Of a DNA stretch of 15,547 nt, positions 9,139-15,328 are shown in pieces; the stretch's first letter is position 1, and the number at the start of each line of letters is the position of its first letter. The stretch lies in assembly GCA_030610815.1 (NCBI GenBank), contig JAUWRA010000044.1:1-15547 (forward strand), read 5' to 3'. A program made the position numbers and the translations under genes. Source of the stretch: Methanosarcinales archaeon (GTDB lineage: Archaea; Halobacteriota; Methanosarcinia; Methanosarcinales; Methanocomedenaceae). Below the pieces are notes generated by a model, which had not been told where the DNA came from, made no database searches, and saw only the letters and a program-made list of their open reading frames with translations.

Positions 9139-10266
9139 TTATTTTTCAAGTATTGTTATTGTACTTCTCTCACCCACACTCAATTCCACTTCGTCATTCC
9201 ATCCTGACTTAGCATAGCAGTCGGTCACCTGCAGTTTAGTCCCGATGTCTATCTCATCTATGATCCCGGTCTGCTTATCCCAGAGTGCAGTCTTTATCCT
9301 GCCTGAATCATCTGATAAGTGGATGTTCACTACCCTGCCACTTGAGCCGTCCTTGCGCTGGAATTCCCTCAGTTCATCAAGCCCTGTAACATATCCTATA
9401 ATGCTGTATGACTCATTGATCTCGATATCACCAATGAGGGTGATCATCTCACTGAACTCCACCTGCTTACTGGTCTTTTTTATTGAGCTGTTATTTCCCA
9501 GGTTGACCTCCACCTGGTTGTTGAAGGAATTCTCTTTTGAATAGCCTCCGGTTATTTCTATGGTGTCACCCAGGTTCAACTGATCGACTTGTTCCACATT
9601 TTCATCCCATAACGTGAGCCTGATCTTACCTGTGGGGTCGCCCAGTGTCAGGTTCCTGACCTTGCCAGTAGAATTATCCTTTCGCTGGAATGTCCGGGTA
9701 TCTGCCATGTCCAGTATCTTTCCTATCAGGTGTATATCGCTCATACCCGCTTTTATCTCCTCGATACGGTAGGGTTCTGTCCTTACCCTGATCTCTTCAC
9801 TCATGGCCACTTTATCCACACTGCCGCCCCTGCCAACACTGACCTCAAGACCATTACGCCCCTCCCTGACAAGACCGGATACCTGGACTGCATCCCCAAA
9901 TACGATCTCTCCTACCTGTACCAGGTCGGCAGCACTTTCCCATAGCACGACCCTGATAGAACCAGTTTCATCCGCAACTGTCAGGTTGGCAACACTGCCT
10001 GTGGAACCGTCCTCACGATTGAATTCCCTGGCATCTGAACATGCCGTGATCTTGCCCACTATCGTAACATTAGAATTATCAAGTGTTACTTGTCCTATCT
10101 TTACCTTATCATCGTACTCGCCCATATCATAGATCACAAGGGTTGCAAGAGTTTTATCATCCGGAAGTCCGCCCAGGAGTTGTTTCTTCTCTTCCATCCG
10201 GGCAAGGAAATCTTCCATGCTCATGCGGTCTTTTACTTTCTCATATATTTCGGTTATTTCATCCAT
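9139..10266 (-). CDS. rpa: RPA-like single-stranded DNA-binding protein with three tandem OB folds
   Basis: Three internal repeats share the pattern (R/T)xF(N/Q)R(E/K)DGS(T/S)G-V-N(L/I)-(L/V)-D-(T/S)G-IR/K--LW(D/E). The ORF is open to 10338, but ATG 10266 (MDEITEIYEKVKDRMSMEDFLARMEEK) leaves a sensible divergent promoter gap to the FKBP gene. Confidence 0.85.
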   Translation of the reverse strand: MDEITEIYEKVKDRMSMEDFLARMEEKKQLLGGLPDDKTLATLVIYDMGEYDDKVKIGQVTLDNSNVTIVGKITACSDAREFNREDGSTGSVANLTVADETGSIRVVLWESAADLVQVGEIVFGDAVQVSGLVREGRNGLEVSVGRGGSVDKVAMSEEIRVRTEPYRIEEIKAGMSDIHLIGKILDMADTRTFQRKDNSTGKVRNLTLGDPTGKIRLTLWDENVEQVDQLNLGDTIEITGGYSKENSFNNQVEVNLGNNSSIKKTSKQVEFSEMITLIGDIEINESYSIIGYVTGLDELREFQRKDGSSGRVVNIHLSDDSGRIKTALWDKQTGIIDEIDIGTKLQVTDCYAKSGWNDEVELSVGERSTITILEK

Positions 10267-10415
10267 AGCTATCCCCGTTGAAAGATTGATTGGAATGAAT
10301 TGATTTAAGACTTTTCTATCGGTCATACATGTCATCAATTGTTGTAAGCTTGTAATGATCTGGCATGGAAATGTTTTTTACCAATCCCGTTATCTTAGAC
10401 CCCGGTGTAATTATC

Positions 10416-11162
10416 ATGACGATCAATGAAGGAGATTTTATTAAAATATCATACACAGGTAAATTAGAGGACGGTACTATCTTCGATACTACAAATGAAG
10501 AGGTGGCAAAGGTCCATAATATATATAATTCCAATGGCAGGTACGGTGGCGATGTGATCATTATTGGTGTGAACCAGATGATCGCCGGTCTTGAGGAAGA
10601 TATAAAAGAACATGAAGCAGGCTATGAAGGGACTGTCACAATTCCACCTGAAAAAGCTTTTGGTGACCGTGATCCCAAATTGCTGAGGGATCTTCCCCTC
10701 AGACGTTTAGAACAGAAACCACATGAAGGGATGATGGTTCAATTCGAAGGCAAACAGGCTAAGGTACTCAAGGTCATGGGACGCCATGCCAGATTGGATT
10801 TCAACAGCCCTATGGCAGGCCAGATGATAACATATGATTACAAGATCGAAGCCGTGCTTGAGGAACTGAAGGAAAAAGCAGTTGGTCTTAGTGCACTTTA
10901 TATGGCCAAGGAAATGGACATCGAGATCGATGGTACTGTTGCCAGGGTCAACGTGCCCCTGGAGTTTAATTATTCACAGCATTGGTTGAACACTAAATCA
11001 CAGCTGGCACTGGATATGTTGAAATATACTGAACTGACAGAAGTGTTATATGTTGAAACTTATACAGAAGAACTGGTAAAGCCTGATTCTGAAGAAGAGG
11101 AGCAATTAGAAGCTGAAGAGTCTGATGAATCCGAATCAGATGAACCGGAAGACTCAGAATAA
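10416..11162 (+). CDS. FKBP-type peptidyl-prolyl cis-trans isomerase, archaeal long type with an acidic C-terminal tail
   Basis: The ORF is open from 10365; the likely start is ATG 10416 (MTINEGDFIKISYTGKLEDGTIFDTT). Later motifs are GVNQMIAGLEEDI and PPEKAFGDRDPKL. The C-terminus is Glu/Asp/Ser-rich. Confidence 0.87.
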   Translation: MTINEGDFIKISYTGKLEDGTIFDTTNEEVAKVHNIYNSNGRYGGDVIIIGVNQMIAGLEEDIKEHEAGYEGTVTIPPEKAFGDRDPKLLRDLPLRRLEQKPHEGMMVQFEGKQAKVLKVMGRHARLDFNSPMAGQMITYDYKIEAVLEELKEKAVGLSALYMAKEMDIEIDGTVARVNVPLEFNYSQHWLNTKSQLALDMLKYTELTEVLYVETYTEELVKPDSEEEEQLEAEESDESESDEPEDSE

Positions 11163-11174
11163 TTAGAAGAACCT

Positions 11175-11195
11175 GGAGAGGAGAAAACCCTCTCC
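11175..11195 (+). terminator. Hairpin ggagagg-agaaaac-cctctcc just after the FKBP stop
   Basis: Perfect 7-bp inverted repeat read from the sequence, followed by T/A-rich sequence. Confidence 0.35.
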
Positions 11196-11200
11196 TTCAA

Positions 11201-11208
11201 TTATATTT
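11201..11208 (+). promoter_or_regulatory. TATA-box-like element (ttatattt) about 22-29 nt upstream of the tRNA-Ser 5' end
   Basis: Sequence and spacing are consistent with an archaeal TATA box at about -26 relative to a transcript starting near 11230. Confidence 0.4.
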
Positions 11209-11229
11209 GATCCAACCTGAAACAACCTT

Positions 11230-11314
11230 GCTGAGGTAGCCAAGCGGACCACGGCGCCGGTCTTGAAAACCGGTGGTGCACTGCGCCACGGGAGTTCGAA
11301 TCTCTCCCTCAGCG
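11230..11314 (+). tRNA. tRNA-Ser (anticodon UGA), class II with a long variable arm, no encoded CCA
   Basis: Hand fold: acceptor gctgagg/cctcagc plus discriminator g. D arm gcc...ggc. Anticodon stem ccggt/accgg with loop cttgaaa (anticodon tga). Variable arm tggtgc-act-gcgcca. T arm gggag-ttcgaat-ctctc. Confidence 0.9.
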
Positions 11315-11316
11315 TA

Positions 11317-11327
11317 TTTCTTTTTTT
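11317..11327 (+). terminator. Oligo-T tract (tttcttttttt) immediately after the tRNA-Ser
   Basis: Archaeal RNA polymerase terminates at oligo-T runs, and this one sits 3 nt after the discriminator base. Confidence 0.5.
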
Positions 11328-11428
11328 AAGACTATTGTTCTGGTTATTTGTCTTATTCTTTTATGCTTCAAGGCACGTTTGTCACGAACCCCTAACACCG
11401 CTATTATGGTTTGTGCAAGGACAAAACA

Positions 11429-12715
11429 CTAATCAAGAAGCCACTTACAAAGAGAAACATATCTGATGTTCTTCCCGGAAACAATTTCAACCGCCTCATA
11501 ATCCCATGTAATGATCAGCAGATTATCGCATCGAAGTTCCTCTGAACCTTGCAGGAGAGCTTTTACTTCACGCTCTTTCGTCACAAAATCATCAAGCATG
11601 TAACATACCTGTATAAGTTCAGAGACCTTTTTCCCCTCCTTAATGATAAAATCAATTTCCCTGCCAGATGTGGACTTATAGTAAAACAAATCTCCTTTGC
11701 TTCTTCTTTTCAGTTCAATATAAACAATGTTTTCAATAAGCCTCCCATAGTCCTGTATGCCTTGCAGGGACAGTAGTCCATTATCGACAAGATATATCTT
11801 TGATATACTTGATTCTATATTTTTGTAAGAATAAGAGAACCTCTTGAGTGGAAAAACAATAAATGAATCTTCAAAATAACCGAAATATGTATACAACGTA
11901 TTTTTGCTTATCTTATAGCCTTGCGATTTGAGAAAATTATAAAACTTATGGATTGAAAATTCCTTTGAATTGAATATAGCATTAAGAAAGAGTTTCAGCA
12001 TCTTTATGTTTTTCACATCATACCTTTCCACAATATCCCTGAATATTGTCACATCTACTATCTCACTCAATATCCGGTCCCACTCTTCCCTGTAACGCAC
12101 TGTTTCAGGAAACCCGCCGTATCTGACATAATCTTCCAGTTTTTGGATTATTTCCCCCATCTGCGCTGATGAAAGATATTCTTCATACTCGAGTTTGCCT
12201 GCTTTAAGGACTTCGGCAAAAGAGAAGGGATATACATTGTATGTCAGGCTTCTTCCCCTCATGCTCGTGGCGATCTCTTTACTCATAAGCCTGGATGATG
12301 AACCAGTGACAAACACATTGACATTTTCCATATCAACAAGTGTCCTTACAAATCGTTCCCAATCAGGGATTACCTGTATCTCATCAAGGAATACCCAGGT
12401 TTTTTTATTCCTGTCAGGATAAATCTCAAAAAATACTTCAAGAAGTGTGTTCAGGTCTTGTGACACTGCACCCACCAGTCTTGAATCTTCAAAGTTCACA
12501 TACAATATACTGTTTTTATTTTCTTTACGCGCTAAAAGCTCTTTGATTCCCAGATACATGAGATATGTCTTACCTGACCTTCTGGGACCTGAAAGAACAA
12601 CAGCTCTGTCCAATGGGATGTCAAGAGGATAGTGTATATCCCTCTGTACAATGTCGGGATATCGCCTTTTCTGGAAATCTTTAATTATGTTTCCCCAGAG
12701 TGTCTTTGAGATCAT
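11429..12715 (-). CDS. AAA+ superfamily ATPase of the COG1373 type (AAA_14 N-domain plus DUF4143-like C-domain with a PD-(D/E)xK-like signature)
   Basis: The 428 aa ORF has Walker A GPRRSGKT and Walker B VFLDEIQ. The C-terminal region ENIVYIELKR ... GREIDFIIKEGKKVSELIQV resembles the nuclease-like DUF4143 core. Confidence 0.85.
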   Translation of the reverse strand: MISKTLWGNIIKDFQKRRYPDIVQRDIHYPLDIPLDRAVVLSGPRRSGKTYLMYLGIKELLARKENKNSILYVNFEDSRLVGAVSQDLNTLLEVFFEIYPDRNKKTWVFLDEIQVIPDWERFVRTLVDMENVNVFVTGSSSRLMSKEIATSMRGRSLTYNVYPFSFAEVLKAGKLEYEEYLSSAQMGEIIQKLEDYVRYGGFPETVRYREEWDRILSEIVDVTIFRDIVERYDVKNIKMLKLFLNAIFNSKEFSIHKFYNFLKSQGYKISKNTLYTYFGYFEDSFIVFPLKRFSYSYKNIESSISKIYLVDNGLLSLQGIQDYGRLIENIVYIELKRRSKGDLFYYKSTSGREIDFIIKEGKKVSELIQVCYMLDDFVTKEREVKALLQGSEELRCDNLLIITWDYEAVEIVSGKNIRYVSLCKWLLD

Positions 12716-12766
12716 AGTATTGTATAAGGGGAAATAATTAATAAAAGTTTCCCCTTATAGAATACT
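12716..12766. promoter_or_regulatory. 19-bp imperfect inverted repeat (18/19) with an AT-rich 13-nt loop, directly abutting the ATPase start codon
   Basis: The left arm agtattgtataaggggaaa (12716-12734) pairs with the right arm tttccccttatagaatact (12748-12766). The loop is taattaataaaag. Confidence 0.45.
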
Positions 12767-12788
12767 ATTGTACCTGGCCACCAGCAGA

Positions 12789-13034
12789 TTATATCAATAT
12801 CTGCACTGAACTGCCGCCGCTATCGGCGCAGCCTACTCCCGGCATTGCCGGGATAAGGATTTCTGTAGCTTCAGCCAGCAATTCTTCCCCGTATTCCCTG
12901 TACTGCCATTCCCTTGCCTGTGGTTGTAGCCCCACACCCACCAGCGGCCCATAGACATGGAGTTCCCGCACCAGGGCCTCACCCTCAGGCTCAGGACTGT
13001 GCGGGGCATCGGGATACCTCAACCAGGAACCACG
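12789..13034 (-). pseudogene. 5'-truncated remnant of an Elp3-like (radical SAM/GNAT tRNA modification enzyme) gene, C-terminal GNAT portion only
   Basis: The ORF-track peptide GSWLRYPDAPHSPEPEGEALVRELHVYGPLVGVGLQPQAREWQYREYGEELLAEATEI matches the conserved Elp3 C-terminal block RELHVYG...QHxGxGxxLLxEAExIA. Only about 80 codons are present, so most of the gene, including the radical SAM domain, is missing. This stretch is noticeably more GC-rich than its surroundings. Confidence 0.6.
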
Positions 13035-13170
13035 TTGCTGAGGTGGCCAAGCAGACCACGGCGCCACGAGAGTTCAAATCTCTCCCTCAGCGTCTTTCCT
13101 TTTTACGACTATTGTTCTGGTTATTTGTCTTTTTCTATTATGCTTTGAGGCACGTTTATCACAGACACCG
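13035..13170 (+). repeat. Copy B of the duplicated tRNA-Ser segment (pseudo-tRNA plus about 78 bp of downstream flank)
   Basis: Roughly 85-90% identity by eye to copy A outside the 29-nt deletion. Homology ends at 13170, one base before the stop codon of the first AT-rich cassette gene. Confidence 0.85.
13037..13092 (+). pseudogene. Degenerate tRNA-Ser copy lacking the anticodon arm and variable arm (29-nt internal deletion)
   Basis: The sequence is gctgaggtggccaagcagaccacggcgcc|acgagagttcaaatctctccctcagcg. The acceptor, D and T arms align to 11230-11314 with a few substitutions. The missing 29 nt are bounded in the intact copy by a direct gcgcc repeat. Confidence 0.8.
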
Positions 13171-14202
13171 TTACACTCTGTCATTATCTTTCCCATGTTT
13201 TTTTTGGTGTATGGATAATTTATTATACAATTTAAATGAAAATATCAATGAAAATATCAATGAAAATATCAAAGGTATTAATAGTTCCAATAGTGTTCCA
13301 AACTTCCTGTCTATAACTTCTTCAACTGGATCTATAAATTCGGATGAAATAGTAAATATTACATCAAATATTACAAACAGTGTTAATAATAAAATCCCAG
13401 TTTCTACTTCATGTATTTTAGTAAGAATATCACTTTGAGTTTCAACTGCTTTGATTTGTGCAGATGATAATTTGTTTTGAATTTCGATTAAATCCATATG
13501 TCTATGATCTAAAAGATTATTTATTGCTAACATTTTCATTTTAAATAATCTAGGGAATATTTTCGACGCTGGACAATCAAGTAGATGAAATTTATAACCC
13601 CAGAAGACTTTTATGACATCTTGTTGGTTAATTTGTTTGCTTTCATTTCTCAAGAACTCATGTTCCATTGAGTGGGCTAGTAAAGATAAGGTAAGTAATG
13701 CAATAATATTATCCTTTATTTTTTTAGTTAATTCATCATCATAGGTGATTATTAAATTAAAACATAAATCTTTCACGATATGAAATTCATTTTTTTCATT
13801 AATTTCAGAGTAAAGATAATTAAAGTCATCCAATACTTCATTATTTTCAACAATTCTTAATAAATATTTTTGAGTATCTTTTGAACCAAACACACCACAT
13901 TCATTTTTGTATTTGAAATAAATTTCATTGCTATCGATAAAATCTTTATATATGTATTCTATATCTAAACATTCAAACACAAAAATTGCAGAATTTAATT
14001 TTTGGTGTTTTCGACAAGTAATGAGCCATTTATTTCCATTTAAATTAATTGTTTTACTATATTTATCGTAATGTGTATAAGGATTGGATGGAATCGGACC
14101 TTTTTTTTCTGCAACTTCCCAACCATTTTCCTCTGGATTAATATCAAAATCTTTTTTTTGAGGTAAAAGTGGAATAATATATAAAAATATATTTTTAGTC
14201 AT
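13171..14202 (-). CDS. Unknown protein: soluble N-terminal domain (~265 aa) plus two C-terminal TM helices and a basic tail (CorA-like topology, no GMN motif)
   Basis: 343 aa, very Asn/Lys/Ile-rich. TM1 is GILLLTLFVIFDVIFTISSEF (about 13336-13404), followed by the acidic loop DPVEEVIDRK. TM2 is LLELLIPLIFSLIFSLIFSF (about 13225-13302), with tail HQKKHGKDNDRV. Its ATG overlaps the upstream gene's stop (ATGACTAA, 14195-14202). Confidence 0.75.
   Translation of the reverse strand: MTKNIFLYIIPLLPQKKDFDINPEENGWEVAEKKGPIPSNPYTHYDKYSKTINLNGNKWLITCRKHQKLNSAIFVFECLDIEYIYKDFIDSNEIYFKYKNECGVFGSKDTQKYLLRIVENNEVLDDFNYLYSEINEKNEFHIVKDLCFNLIITYDDELTKKIKDNIIALLTLSLLAHSMEHEFLRNESKQINQQDVIKVFWGYKFHLLDCPASKIFPRLFKMKMLAINNLLDHRHMDLIEIQNKLSSAQIKAVETQSDILTKIHEVETGILLLTLFVIFDVIFTISSEFIDPVEEVIDRKFGTLLELLIPLIFSLIFSLIFSFKLYNKLSIHQKKHGKDNDRV
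13235..13270. repeat. Perfect 12-bp tandem repeat x3 (aatgaaaatatc) inside TM2 of the 343-aa ORF
   Basis: Read directly from the sequence. On the minus strand it encodes the reiterated LIFS units of LIFSLIFSLIFS. Confidence 0.95.
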
Positions 14203-15304
14203 TTGAAAATTCCATTAATTTTATTTCAGGCATTGAACTCGTGAACCAATCGTTTATTGCTGATTTTAAATTTTGATTATTTTTTATTTCAAATGAAATT
14301 GTTTGGCTCTTGACAATATTCAACACTTCCTTAAATAGACTCTTATTGCAATTGAGATGTGAACACGTTAAACAAACATTCATAGTTTTACTGACCCCCA
14401 GAGAACAGATAGGAAGAAACTCAGATAGGTCAAATTCTTCATAACTATTTTCAGATTTTTCAGATTTTAAACATTGTTTTGGTGGATAAAACATATTATT
14501 AGTTGTTATTAATTCAACAAAATTACCATCGTGCATTTTTGTTATTTTGACACAAAAATTACTTGCGCCGTTTACTATTAAATTCTTTTTAATCGGATAG
14601 AATTTTTCCATTTCGTCTTTAAAATGGCCCAGATTGAACAAGTTATCTACTTTAAAAAAAATACTCATTTTATATCCATTAATTTCCTCGCTTTGCACAT
14701 CTAATTCTTTCTTGCTATGAGGTATATGCCAAGGCATAACAAAGACTTTGTAACCCACTGGAAATTCTCTTATTGTTGAAATAGGTAAAAATGAATTATG
14801 GTGTACATATGCAAGCGTTTTGAAGGATTTTACGCAACTACTACTCATTTTCATCAATTCATCCTCAAGAAAATGTACACGTGTTGCACCAGTTAGGTTA
14901 TCATCCATTATTAAAACATTAAGTGGATTATCTCGACTCTCAGATAATTCTTTTAAATCGTTCATTAAAATTTGTCTAATGTCTGTCATTTCATGAAGTG
15001 ATGTTGGATGATCCATTACAAAACAAGGATTGTTTTTTTTACAGGTAAATCCTTTTGGAATTGGACGAACACAAGCTTTATCTATGTTTGAATACTCAAG
15101 GATTGTATCTTTTAACAGACACGCAAATGAATATGCAAGAATTGTACCTCCTCTAGAAAAGCCTAAGATTACATCGTAAGAATCTTTTACCAATTCTTCT
15201 TTATTAGATTCTATATAAGATTCTAGATTTTTTCCAAAATCTATCCACTTTTCATAAAATATATCTCCATCAGTTTTTCGATAGTTACCACTCAAATTAT
15301 TCAA
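14195..15304 (-). CDS. Phosphoribosyltransferase (type I PRTase fold)-like N-domain fused to an unknown ~170-aa Cys-containing C-terminal domain
   Basis: 369 aa with a TTG start. DVILGFSRGGTILAYSFA resembles the PRTase flexible-loop region. NVLIMDDNLTGATR (14879-14920) resembles the PRPP-binding loop VLIVDDxxDTGxT. VFVMPWH resembles the FPWE-type end of COG2236-like PRTases. The C-terminal domain contains C-x10-C-x2-C-x4-C (14348-14407). Confidence 0.7.
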   Translation of the reverse strand: MNNLSGNYRKTDGDIFYEKWIDFGKNLESYIESNKEELVKDSYDVILGFSRGGTILAYSFACLLKDTILEYSNIDKACVRPIPKGFTCKKNNPCFVMDHPTSLHEMTDIRQILMNDLKELSESRDNPLNVLIMDDNLTGATRVHFLEDELMKMSSSCVKSFKTLAYVHHNSFLPISTIREFPVGYKVFVMPWHIPHSKKELDVQSEEINGYKMSIFFKVDNLFNLGHFKDEMEKFYPIKKNLIVNGASNFCVKITKMHDGNFVELITTNNMFYPPKQCLKSEKSENSYEEFDLSEFLPICSLGVSKTMNVCLTCSHLNCNKSLFKEVLNIVKSQTISFEIKNNQNLKSAINDWFTSSMPEIKLMEFSND

Positions 15305-15328
15305 CTCTAGTAATAATTTTATAGCAGA

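Larger units (their letters stand above)
11228..11400 (+). repeat. Copy A of a duplicated segment: intact tRNA-Ser plus about 85 bp of downstream flank
   Basis: It aligns by eye to 13035-13170. This includes an identical 25-mer, gactattgttctggttatttgtctt (11330-11354 versus 13107-13131). Confidence 0.85.

Noticed and set aside
11263-11466. 67-aa plus-strand ORF starting inside the tRNA-Ser
   Set aside because: It begins within the tRNA and reads through its T-rich downstream flank. Its similarity to part of ORF 12914..13438 only reflects the DNA duplication, not a protein family.
12789-13067. 92-aa minus-strand ORF as an intact small gene
   Set aside because: Its recognisable part is only the C-terminal block of a much larger Elp3 family. 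Its apparent N-terminus (MAPWSAWPPQQ) is read out of the pseudo-tRNA sequence. It is better explained as a truncated remnant.
13235-13270. Possible CRISPR or mini-array
   Set aside because: It consists of three contiguous 12-bp units with no spacers, located inside an ORF. This is a simple tandem repeat, not a CRISPR array. No other repeat-spacer structure is present in the window.
12914-13438. 174-aa plus-strand ORF (and 12957..13148)
   Set aside because: It crosses the antisense of the Elp3 remnant, the pseudo-tRNA, the repeat flank and the antisense of the 343-aa gene. It is a chimeric shadow ORF with no recognisable features.
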